Position numbers and translations under genes: made by a program | The notes under the pieces: model-generated | Databases searched by the model: none | The model's input: the letters and a program-made list of their open reading frames with translations, nothing else | What the model was told of the DNA's origin: nothing | From: a virus | Lineage: Duplodnaviria > Caudoviricetes | Direction: 5' to 3' (one strand) | Length of the DNA stretch: 64,000 nucleotides | IMG/VR virus record: IMGVR_UViG_3300031998_000045 | Coordinates: 1-64,000 of that record | Part shown: positions 55,818-64,000 of the stretch, piece by piece | How the letters are laid out: each line of letters starts with the position of its first letter | How positions within the stretch are numbered: position 1 is the stretch's first letter

Positions 55818-56051
55818 TCATTCATCCTTCTCATCATAGATGACTGTCTCGTCCCAGACACCCTCTGGGCAGCCGTAGTCCTCATTGTCCGAGCAGGCAA
55901 TCCAGACTGCAGTTGTGTCTCCGTCATCATTCCGCTGCTCACAAATGTTCATTATCCTGCCGACCATTGGATACCGCGGCTGCAGCCCAAGCTTCACAGG
56001 TGTGTCATCTGGCACTTCACTGAGTGCTTCAATCAATTCTCCGACTGTCAT
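55818..56051 (-). CDS. Small acidic protein (MTVGELIEAL motif)
   Basis: SD-led. Confidence 0.65.
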   Translation of the reverse strand: MTVGELIEALSEVPDDTPVKLGLQPRYPMVGRIMNICEQRNDDGDTTAVWIACSDNEDYGCPEGVWDETVIYDEKDE

Positions 56052-56185
56052 TTCTCTTCTCCTTTGTGGTTTTTGGTTAATGGGCTTTCCATGCCCTTGC
56101 ACGATAGACAATATCAAAGCATTTGCCGTTTAGCCACTTAATGCAAAAGACTTTTCAAATGCTCAAGCGGCCAAGCTTGACAATG

Positions 56186-56467
56186 CTAGCTTGCTTGAGA
56201 ACGTGTGCAGAAGTGGCATACATGGTACTTCATCCAGTAGTCTTGTCCAAATCGCTCTCTGCCAATGCGCTCAAGCTCCCGCATCCTCTTCCTGAACTCA
56301 GGCGACACTTCCCATTCTTCGAACTCAGAATATGGGACATTATGTCTTGCTACTTCAAGCACTCGGAGATCATTGTCAAGGAACTTGTAGCCAGATTCAT
56401 CAAGCTCGCCGGCTGATATCATGCAGTCAACGAGAAAATCTTCTTTTTTGTCTACGACTTGCTTCAT
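56186..56467 (-). CDS. Hypothetical protein
   Basis: SD plus promoter repeat. Confidence 0.6.
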   Translation of the reverse strand: MKQVVDKKEDFLVDCMISAGELDESGYKFLDNDLRVLEVARHNVPYSEFEEWEVSPEFRKRMRELERIGRERFGQDYWMKYHVCHFCTRSQAS

Positions 56468-56526
56468 TGTCTCTCCTTAGCGTGTTGACATCATAGATCA
56501 TATCAAAAGTCTACAGCTTCAGCCAC

Positions 56527-56880
56527 TTAGAAGGACGGATTCTGGTACGAGTAGCAGGGACCGAACCGCCAGTCCATCGTCTCTCGCGTCCGCAGCCCGT
56601 CAGCATCCAGCTTCCACCACCGTCCACGCCACGCGACATACCTCATCTCAGTCGGATGCTCCGGGTCGAAGGGATCTGGAGTCAAGCTGCCGTCCTCCCA
56701 GCACTTCGTGAAGTGCTCCTGTGGACGGTAGACGCCGATCGTCTTCTCGTCCTTGTTGACTTCAGACACGTAGTACCCGTACGTGTCACTGCCGCAGTGG
56801 TGCATAGCGCCTGTCCCGACCTGCACTGACTCAAACATCTCGTCGAGCGTGCGGATGTGCTTCTTAGTCTTCTTTGCCAT
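56527..56880 (-). CDS. Conserved phage hypothetical protein
   Basis: VQVGTGA...GSDTYGYYV...FG..YSYQNPSF. Confidence 0.7.
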   Translation of the reverse strand: MAKKTKKHIRTLDEMFESVQVGTGAMHHCGSDTYGYYVSEVNKDEKTIGVYRPQEHFTKCWEDGSLTPDPFDPEHPTEMRYVAWRGRWWKLDADGLRTRETMDWRFGPCYSYQNPSF

Positions 56881-57124
56881 CTCTTCTCTCTCCTCTCGCT
56901 GTAGATCATACCAAAGTCTGAGCAGCATAGCCACTTAGCTTCAAGACTTTCTCATGTGCGTGCTTGTCATGCTTCAGCTCATTGACAACAGCTACTACCA
57001 CTGTAAGCACAAGTCCGACAAAGGCAACTGATCCAATCACTGCTTCTACCATCTTCTTCTCTCCTTCCGCTATAGATCATATCAAAAGTCTATGATCTCA
57101 GCCACTTGAGAAATCCGTTTTTTC

Positions 57125-57307
57125 TCAGCATTCTTCTACACTGACAATGTGACTGTACCCTGGACATTCTGACATTGCAGTCCTAGCAGCCTCTTCGCGG
57201 CTGTCCGCTTGGACAACTACACTAGAAATCGGTCCAGTCCACTGTCCGAGGGACTGAGATGACGGCTTGCACAAGACAACTTTGTACTTCATCTTGTCTC
57301 CTCTCAT
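57125..57307 (-). CDS. Small hypothetical protein
   Basis: VQADSREEAARTA motif. Confidence 0.55.
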   Translation of the reverse strand: MRGDKMKYKVVLCKPSSQSLGQWTGPISSVVVQADSREEAARTAMSECPGYSHIVSVEEC

Positions 57308-58182
57308 TCAATGTCTACAATGTACTCCCCTACGAGCAGCAGCTCTTCAGAGATCTTGTCTGCTTCTTTGAAAGTAGCGTCTTTGATAGTCACTTTCCGA
57401 GTGCTTCCGTCCAGACGGCGGAACACCACTGTCCAGTCTTTAGAAATGTCTTCAGTCATGGTCTAAGTCTCCAGATGAGATTATATTGTCTGTAGACTTA
57501 TCGCAGCTTGACAACCGACTCTACCACATACCACCCTTCCAGTCCGAACGTCTTCACGGCTTCAACAGCAGCCTCGCTTTTTGTGAACCCGCTGAAGACA
57601 CAGGATTTGCTTTCATCCGTATATGGGTTGACAAGTGTGACATAGTAAGAATTTCTCTTCATCTTCTTCTCTCCTTTGCGAGATAGATCATATCAAAAGT
57701 CTGCAGCTTCAGCCACTTAAACCATGTCTATAAGCTTGCTTCAAAGCATAGTCACAGACTTCACCACATAGAAGCCTTCCGGGCCATATTCGTCTACAGC
57801 TTCAATTGCTGCAGTCCGAGCATCACTTGCAACATAGGCAACTGTCTTTCTAGCTCTGCTGACAGGATCGACCAAGACAATGCAGTAAGTGTTGAACTTC
57901 ATAGCTTCTCTCCTTTGCGAGATAGATCATATCAAAAGTCTATGATCTCAGCCATTTGAAAAGACAAAAAAAGTCCAGCCGTCCACTGGAGGAAAGAGTT
58001 CCACTGGACGGCTGGACTGCCATCACCCAACCACGGGAGAATCAACCACAGAAAGTCTACGATCTAAGCACTAGCCACCCTCCGACTACTGCTGCAATGA
58101 TCTGCAGAGCAATTGCCGCAAATGCACATGCCACTTTAATGTCAATCATGTCCATTGTCTGTCCTTTCAAAAGTCTACAATC

Positions 58183-58380
58183 TCAGTTGCTCTGGTCTTC
58201 ACAGAGTCTGTCACAAATATACTGCAGTCCCCTGAGAACACACTCCATTTCTCGTCTATGCTCTTCTCTAAGCTTTGCAACATGGTGCCATATTGCAAGT
58301 GGTGAAACAACTAATGCTACTCCAAAGAATAGCCATGCCACCCACACATATGCTCCAATTATTCCGAGAACTATGTTCAT
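58183..58380 (-). CDS. Small membrane protein
   Basis: Hydrophobic N-terminal half; SD plus promoter repeat. Confidence 0.6.
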   Translation of the reverse strand: MNIVLGIIGAYVWVAWLFFGVALVVSPLAIWHHVAKLREEHRREMECVLRGLQYICDRLCEDQSN

Positions 58381-58440
58381 CTTCTTCTCTCCTTTGCATG
58401 ATAGATCTTATCAAAAGTCTATAGTCTTAGCCACTTAGCC

Positions 58441-58656
58441 TCAGCTAGCAAGCTCACCTTCTTCAGTGCACTCTTCATAAGTCTCACCGAAGTCTTCAGT
58501 CAAGAACAGCTTGACTTCATCGCTGTTGTAGTCAACATTGTAGACTTCGCATGCCAGCTTGCAGCGCTCGACGCACTCTTCAATTGACTTGAACTCAGCA
58601 CTCTGGTAAAGTCCGCCAATGTTAAGTGGAAATTCGAAATGGTAAGTCTTGAACAT
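58441..58656 (-). CDS. Small Cys/acidic protein, paralog of 15012..15227
   Basis: Near-identical C-terminus at the DNA level. Confidence 0.7.
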   Translation of the reverse strand: MFKTYHFEFPLNIGGLYQSAEFKSIEECVERCKLACEVYNVDYNSDEVKLFLTEDFGETYEECTEEGELAS

Positions 58657-58828
58657 ATGCTCTCTCCTTTTAGTTGATTGACACCATAGATCTTATCAAA
58701 AGTCTACAGCTTCAGCCACTTAAGACAAAGCAAGTCCAGCCGCTCAGCAGAGGAGAGAGTTCCACTGAGCGGCTGGACTTGTCTTCTGACCCAACCACGA
58801 GTCCTCCCAACCACGGGAGCAGATTGTC

Positions 58829-59098
58829 TTAGTAGCGCTTCTTGAGCAGCACTGTGTCTTCTGTCAGCTCGATCTTCAGCATCTGGACTTCCGGACGACA
58901 GAAGAACTCACATATGTCCGTGTCCCAAGCGTGGTCATCTACGAACACCCGGTTCAGGACATACTCCATCCACTGGTCCTCAGGCATCCCTAGGGCTGCC
59001 ATCTCAGGCTTCTGCTGGTCAGCATACCACGTTCCGTCGTAGTCCGGGTTGCTGGGGCATTCAATTGTCAAAGCTTTTGGCTCTCTCATCTCATTCAC
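58829..59098 (-). CDS. Hypothetical protein
   Basis: SD plus promoter repeat. Confidence 0.6.
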   Translation of the reverse strand: MNEMREPKALTIECPSNPDYDGTWYADQQKPEMAALGMPEDQWMEYVLNRVFVDDHAWDTDICEFFCRPEVQMLKIELTEDTVLLKKRY

Positions 59099-59316
59099 TC
59101 CTCATCATAGATTCTATCAAGACTTGTCTGTCTTGGCCATTCAAGGCTAGACTATTTACCAAAATGAGACGCGCTTTAATAGGGCATTTCCAGCAGGGTG
59201 GACAGACTAGTCAGACGACATAGGCTTTTGCCATAGGGTGGCGCCTAAGTCTTTTTAGCCATAGTCAAAAGTCTACAATTTAAGCCCAAGTCTAGACTTC
59301 AAATTGTAGACTTTCT

Positions 59317-59356
59317 ATTTAGATCTATCTTATATCTTTATAAGATAGATCTAAAT
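59317..59356. repeat. Perfect 18-bp AT-rich inverted repeat with 4-nt spacer
   Basis: ATTTAGATCTATCTTATA-TCTT-TATAAGATAGATCTAAAT. Confidence 0.9.
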
Positions 59357-59373
59357 AATCAGATTGCCCGCTC

Positions 59374-59658
59374 TTACACATTCACCTTGAAGGGCATTCT
59401 GCGGAAGCGGCTGTTGTCGCCTTCACTCTTGACTCGGATATGGCATTCATGATATCCGAAGTGCTGGAGATTGTTTCCATCCAGCCGGTTCTTGTACCCG
59501 GCATGGTCACGAGTTCCAGCTTCAGGACAAGTGAACCCGGACTTGTAGTCTACAGCTGGCTCAACTTTCTTTCCAAACAGCCGCTCAAAGACACCGTCCC
59601 GGACTTCGTCGATGGACTTGTGGACGGCCTCTGGACACTCATGGACAATGTTGCGCAT
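59374..59658 (-). CDS. Small protein, paralog of 54336..54620
   Basis: Same conserved blocks as 54336..54620. Confidence 0.75.
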   Translation of the reverse strand: MRNIVHECPEAVHKSIDEVRDGVFERLFGKKVEPAVDYKSGFTCPEAGTRDHAGYKNRLDGNNLQHFGYHECHIRVKSEGDNSRFRRMPFKVNV

Positions 59659-60397
59659 GCTTGCTTTTCCTTTTTCGTGGTTGGTGTGCTGTGGGCGCTC
59701 TTCCGCGCCTCGCATTATAGATCATATCAAAAAAGCGGCACTTCAGCCACTTAAAAAATAAAAATATTTTTCAAGATCTTAAGTGGCTGAAGCTGAATGT
59801 TTCAATATAATCAACTGCTGTTGTCTATATATCAAAAATCTACAGCTCAGCCACTTGAAAAATCATCTTTTTCATAGACTTCTTGAGTGGCTGAACCTAG
59901 CTTTGTTTGATATTGTCTAGCCATCTAGCCATAGATGGGCTGGAATGAACAGCCAGCCTAGGTTGATGAACTAGGCATTTAAGCCCCAGCTGCCTCTCTC
60001 GGGACATCCAGCCATGGTCTGAACATGGACTGGCTAGCTATATAGGTCTAGCTAGCTAGGTAGATATGGCTAGCTGGAACCTAGCCAGTGGTGGTCTGAT
60101 GGGCCAGAATTCATCAGAAGCCATCCTAGGTAGTGGCTAAATGGTCTAGCTGGAATGGCACAGAACCATGGCTAGCCTAGGTTCTGCGACCACCTAGCTT
60201 CTGGCAAAACGCGCTATATATAGGGATTTTCTGGAGCGCGGTCTGACTAGTGCGAGCGTGTTTGTAGACTTTTTGAGAGAAGTGCTTGAGTTTGAGCGAA
60301 GTCTTGAGAAGAGAGAGAGATCTTTAAAAGCTTTGAAAGATGTCTTGTGCAGTAGTCTAGAAAAAGAACTATATGCGTAATGTGTAGAATATGCTAG

Positions 60398-61069
60398 ATG
60401 AACAATCCTATTGGATATATTAAGTCAAAATGCTTTGACCAGCTTGTCTGCAGGCATCTTCTTTCAGCTGAAGCAGAACTTGCATCTAAAGACAATGACT
60501 TTGACGGCATAGACATCATATGCGGCAGAGAGAAGATTGACACAAAGTACCAGCAGAACAAGAATTCTGACGACTTTATATGGTTTATAACAGGCAGGCA
60601 GCATAGAGGCGGCGAGCGTCTGAAGTTCAAGAGCAAAGACGGCTGCAGTCTAGAGACAGACCGCTTCATGGTGTTCTTCTATGTCAGTCCAGAGAAGATT
60701 GAATGGATAGATGTCAGCGCAGCTGAGATCTTAGATGTCTTAGAGAGCGGCTTAGCTGAGAAAGACAGCTCAAAATGCTATGAAGCAGACAGCAAGAATG
60801 TCAAATATGGCAAGAATGGACATGCATGCTATGACATCTTATGCTGGGCTAAGCTGAGCTGGCTTAGGGATGTGTGTCCAGAAGCTTTCAAAGTGTGCAT
60901 AGACAAGAAGACAGCTGAGAGCTTTGTGAAAGTCCAGAGATACTTCAATGAGAAGATTGGCAGCAGTCCTGAGATTGTAGACAAGTTCATTGAATGCATC
61001 AACAGCTTTGTAGACAATGGGCAGAGCCTTGAGCTAGTTGTAGACAATGTCTTAGCAAAGATGTCTTAG
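60398..61069 (+). CDS. Putative PD-(D/E)XK-fold nuclease
   Basis: DNDFDGIDII....KIDTK pattern. Confidence 0.5.
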   Translation: MNNPIGYIKSKCFDQLVCRHLLSAEAELASKDNDFDGIDIICGREKIDTKYQQNKNSDDFIWFITGRQHRGGERLKFKSKDGCSLETDRFMVFFYVSPEKIEWIDVSAAEILDVLESGLAEKDSSKCYEADSKNVKYGKNGHACYDILCWAKLSWLRDVCPEAFKVCIDKKTAESFVKVQRYFNEKIGSSPEIVDKFIECINSFVDNGQSLELVVDNVLAKMS

Positions 61070-61313
61070 CTGAGTGCTTGAGAGAAGTGCCGAGCAGATG
61101 CTTTGCAAGCAGAGACAAGAAAGCCAGAGCTCAGCTGCTTCGGCAGCTTAGATGAAGACGAAAAAGAGAGAAAGACATGAGGTTCATCAGCTAGTGGAGT
61201 GCACAGCACAAGCACTGGGCAGATGAGTGAAGATGAAGCTTGGGCGAAGAGCTTGGACCATCTTCGTCGCGGACATTGGGAGTGCAAAAGCATCTGACAT
61301 ATGAAAGATGGGC

Positions 61314-62072
61314 TTAGCCTCTGAACTCAAAGACACAGTCTTTGCTTCTAATGCCGAACGGCCAGCCGTTGAGCCTCTTCATCTGGTCTTCTGTCTTGCC
61401 CTCAAAGACAGCATGTGTGAGGCTTGAGCAGTTCAAGAATGTGCCTCTGCATATGCAGTTCACGCATGCTGGAACAACTATCTCTTCAAGTGATGTGCAT
61501 CTGTAGAAGAGAAAGTCAGGAAGTGATGTGCACGAGCTTGAGAGCTTGATGTGCTTGAGGCTTGTGCATCCGTCAAATGCTCCTCTTCCAAGGCTTTTCA
61601 CAGAGTCTGGGATCTCAATGCTTTCAAGAGATGTGCAATGCATGAATGCATTGTCATTGATGTCTTTCAAAGTGTCTGGCAGATTGACATGCTTGAGCTT
61701 TTCACATCTGAAGAATGCATCATCACTGATTCTCACAAGCTTGTCTCCAATGACGGCTTCAGACATCATCTCTCCAGCAAGCAGCCCGCTAGCAAGCTGC
61801 TCAAGATCCGGCGGCAGCACTAGCTTGCATCCATCTGGAATGCATGTGGTGTCCATTGCATGCGGAGTGCGGCACAGATGGCTGACTCCGCTCAGACTAG
61901 CTTCTCTGCAGTGCTTGTCAAAGAAGTAGAAGCATCCGTCATCAGCAACTAAGCCTCTCAGCTTAGAGCGCCCTGACCATCCACCGAAGCTTGCAATGCT
62001 GTCAATGAAAGCATTCTTGTCTTCAGCCAAGTCTAGCCTCATCTTGAGCTCATATGGGCTCATCAACTTCAT
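61314..62072 (-). CDS. BspA-type LRR protein (tandem array member 4)
   Basis: MKLMSPYELKMRLDL; LRR_5 repeats; GKTEDQMKRLNGWPFG cap. Confidence 0.9.
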   Translation of the reverse strand: MKLMSPYELKMRLDLAEDKNAFIDSIASFGGWSGRSKLRGLVADDGCFYFFDKHCREASLSGVSHLCRTPHAMDTTCIPDGCKLVLPPDLEQLASGLLAGEMMSEAVIGDKLVRISDDAFFRCEKLKHVNLPDTLKDINDNAFMHCTSLESIEIPDSVKSLGRGAFDGCTSLKHIKLSSSCTSLPDFLFYRCTSLEEIVVPACVNCICRGTFLNCSSLTHAVFEGKTEDQMKRLNGWPFGIRSKDCVFEFRG

Positions 62073-62721
62073 CCAGCTTTCCCGCTTTGAAGACAGACTC
62101 ATCTTCAACTCCCCATGGATAGTTGTCCATAGCTCTAACTTCTTCAAGAGTCTTGTCCTTGAAGATGATTCTCTTCAAGCTTGTGCACCGGATGAATGCA
62201 TCTACCCCAATGCTTGTGACAGAGTCTGGGATAGAGATGCTTGTCAAGCTGCTGCAGTCACTGAATGCCCAGCTCCCAATGCTTTTGACAGAGCTGGGAA
62301 TGTCAATGCTCTTCAAGCTTGTGCAGTAGCTGAATGTCCATTTTCCAATGCTCTCAACAGAGTCTGGAATGATGATGCTTGTCAAACGTGTGCAGTCGTA
62401 GAATGCATAATCTCTGATGATTGTGACAGAGTCTGGAATGATGATGCTTGTCAAGCTGCCGCAATGGCTGAATGCGCCTTCTCCAATGATTGTGACAGAG
62501 TCTGGAATGATGATGCTCGTCAAGCTGCCGCAGTCATATAATGCGCAGCTTCCAACGCTTTCAACAGACTTTGTGATGTCATTTCCCTCATCATCAAAGA
62601 AATGCATGTGTCCGTCATCTGTGACAATGGCATTCATCCTGTCTGACACAGAATGCTCTTTGACGAACTTTGCTCGGTCTTCAGCAAGGTCAAGCTTCAT
62701 CTTAAGCTCATATGGGCTCAT
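62050..62721 (-). CDS. BspA-type LRR protein (tandem array member 3)
   Basis: MSPYELKMKLDL; tandem 69-bp units (SIIIPDSVTIIG..AF..C.SLT). Confidence 0.9.
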   Translation of the reverse strand: MSPYELKMKLDLAEDRAKFVKEHSVSDRMNAIVTDDGHMHFFDDEGNDITKSVESVGSCALYDCGSLTSIIIPDSVTIIGEGAFSHCGSLTSIIIPDSVTIIRDYAFYDCTRLTSIIIPDSVESIGKWTFSYCTSLKSIDIPSSVKSIGSWAFSDCSSLTSISIPDSVTSIGVDAFIRCTSLKRIIFKDKTLEEVRAMDNYPWGVEDESVFKAGKLDEVDEPI

Positions 62722-62722
62722 G

Positions 62723-63424
62723 TCAGGATCTCTCTGCTTTTATGGCTTTCACATCTGGAATGCCCCATGGAAATCCAGACATCTCTCTCACTTGCTGCAT
62801 GGTCTTCCCTTTGAACAGCACTTCTCTTAGACGGTTGTCATATTTGAATGCTTCTTGCTCAATCTTCTCAATTTGTCTAGAGATGACCGCACGCTCTAAG
62901 CTAGAGCAGCTGGCAAATGCAAAGCTGCCAATGCTCTTGACCGAGTCTGGAAGCACTGCTTTTCTAAGTCTGACACATGATGAGAATGCTCGTGGCTCTA
63001 TGGCTCTAGCTTCAGCTATGTGCACAGCTGACATATTGCAGCACATGCTGAATGCACAATGGCCAATTGTCTTGACTGTCTCAGGTATCCAGACTTCATC
63101 AAAGTCAGAGCTGCTTAGAGCAAACTCTGGAATGACTTTCACTTCTGGAACATAGAATGCTCCTCTCAGAAGCTTCAGATTTAGAGATCCTGAACCTATT
63201 CTAAGCCTAAAGTCATGCAGCTGGCACTTTGCCGCATCAACTGGACTAAAGCTGTCATCAAGCATTGCTATATGCCCGCCCGCTGTCAAGACTCCATAGA
63301 AGAAGTCAACACCATGAGATGTCTTTGCAGTCAGCTCCATGACAGAGAGACTTTCTGCTAGAGCTCTTCTGTCATCAGCCAAGTCTAGCTTCATCTTAAG
63401 CTCATATAGGCTCATCAACTTCAT
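62723..63424 (-). CDS. BspA-type LRR protein (tandem array member 2)
   Basis: MKLMSLYELKMKLDL; GKTMQQVREMSGFPWG cap. Confidence 0.9.
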   Translation of the reverse strand: MKLMSLYELKMKLDLADDRRALAESLSVMELTAKTSHGVDFFYGVLTAGGHIAMLDDSFSPVDAAKCQLHDFRLRIGSGSLNLKLLRGAFYVPEVKVIPEFALSSSDFDEVWIPETVKTIGHCAFSMCCNMSAVHIAEARAIEPRAFSSCVRLRKAVLPDSVKSIGSFAFASCSSLERAVISRQIEKIEQEAFKYDNRLREVLFKGKTMQQVREMSGFPWGIPDVKAIKAERS

Positions 63425-63945
63425 CCAGCTTTCTCCGCTTTGAAGACAGACTTGTCTTCAACTCCCCATGGATAATCGGCCATAGACTTCACTTCTTCAA
63501 AAGTCTTGCCTTTGAAGACAACCCTCTTCAAGCTTGGGCACCAGCGGAATACACTATCCCCAATGCTTTTGACAGAGTCTGGAATTACAATGCTTGTCAA
63601 GCTTGAGCAGTTGAAGAATGCACATTCTCCAATGCTTATGACAGAGTCTGGAATGACAATGCTTGTCAAGCTGCTGCAGTCACTGAATGCCCAGCTCCCA
63701 ATGCTTTTGACAGAGTCTGGAATGACAATGCTTTTCAAGCTTTCGCACCAGCTGAATGCACTGTCTTTAATGCTTATGGTAGACTTTGTGATGTCATTGC
63801 CTTTGCTGTCAAAGAAATGCATATGTCCGTCATCTGTGACAATGACATTCATCACAGATGACATAGAATGCTCTTTGACAAACCTTGCTCTGTCATCAAC
63901 TAAGTCTAGTTTCATCTTAAGCTCATATGGACTCATCAACTTCAT
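63421..63945 (-). CDS. BspA-type LRR protein (tandem array member 1)
   Basis: MKLMSPYELKMKLDL; GKTFEEVKSMADYPWG cap. Confidence 0.9.
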   Translation of the reverse strand: MKLMSPYELKMKLDLVDDRARFVKEHSMSSVMNVIVTDDGHMHFFDSKGNDITKSTISIKDSAFSWCESLKSIVIPDSVKSIGSWAFSDCSSLTSIVIPDSVISIGECAFFNCSSLTSIVIPDSVKSIGDSVFRWCPSLKRVVFKGKTFEEVKSMADYPWGVEDKSVFKAEKAG

Positions 63946-64000
63946 GCTGACATTTTAACATGAAGTCTATGATCTTTAAACTGCTCAAGCCCAGACCATG

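Larger units (their letters stand above)
5803..59857 (-). promoter_or_regulatory. Dispersed ~40-bp promoter repeat, about 50 copies by eye count; consensus on the - strand CTT(A/G)AGTGGCTGAAGCATAGACTTTTTGATA(C/T)(A/G)ATCTATAG
   Basis: Copies near 5803, 6172, 10482, 14957, 15246, 15688, 17312, 18039, 18997, 21593, 22932, 23628, 24461, 25212, 26068, 26985, 33649, 34414, 41325, 42592, 43366, 43474, 43598, 44489, 45142, 45600, 46079, 46652, 48263, 49727, 51076, 52840, 55250-55500 (x3), 56103, 56492, 56902, 57071, 57683, 57923, 58400, 58686, 59106, 59717 and others. Each has an extended -10 (TGnTAYRAT), and most lie just upstream of an AAAGGAGA SD and start codon. Confidence 0.9.

Noticed and set aside
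5803-59857. CRISPR array interpretation of the ~40-bp repeat
   Set aside because: Intervals range from about 100 bp to several kb and contain genes, the repeats are degenerate and promoter-like, and there are no cas genes.
1-64000. Prophage or bacterial chromosome context
   Set aside because: No integrase, att site, rRNA or housekeeping operons; the tmRNA/tRNA cluster, homing endonucleases, recoding and cassette array fit a large lytic phage.

Overview
A 64-kb segment of a large lytic dsDNA phage genome. I saw no rRNA, integrase, CRISPR array or core capsid/replication genes. The phage uses genetic code 15 (TAG = Gln): several genes only become intact, motif-complete proteins when TAG is read through (LRR/Hint protein, phosphoesterase-LamG fusion, two Vsr/DUF559-type homing endonucleases, a WYL_2-like protein, a tail/baseplate-like protein). 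Five of these six have GTAAATA 5-8 nt before the ATG and no Shine-Dalgarno; the LRR gene start lies outside the window. Most of the window is a leftward array of small, TAG-free, SD-led cassettes behind about 50 copies of one ~40-bp promoter repeat. The array contains expanded paralog families: nine TGLY/coiled-coil proteins, five BspA-type LRR proteins and two MoxR-AAA/VWA-peptidase pairs. The RNA region (20 kb and 27-32 kb) holds 11 conventional-order tRNAs, a tmRNA and unassigned structured RNAs. It also holds the best candidate for an undescribed system: eight copies of a conserved bulged-stem RNA scaffold (P1 + ACAGCA/GCAGCA bulge). Six copies display a different 7-nt anticodon loop, one has an irregular insert, and one carries a complete circularly permuted tRNA-Thr(GGU). 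Next to them lie a YrlA-like anticodon-less tRNA mimic and, 4 kb away, a DUF2828 (putatively Ro60/TROVE-like) gene. A split SF2 helicase, a nuclease and a frameshifted N6-adenine methyltransferase form an RM-like module at 47-51 kb. All family assignments come from motif recognition by eye, not from database searches.
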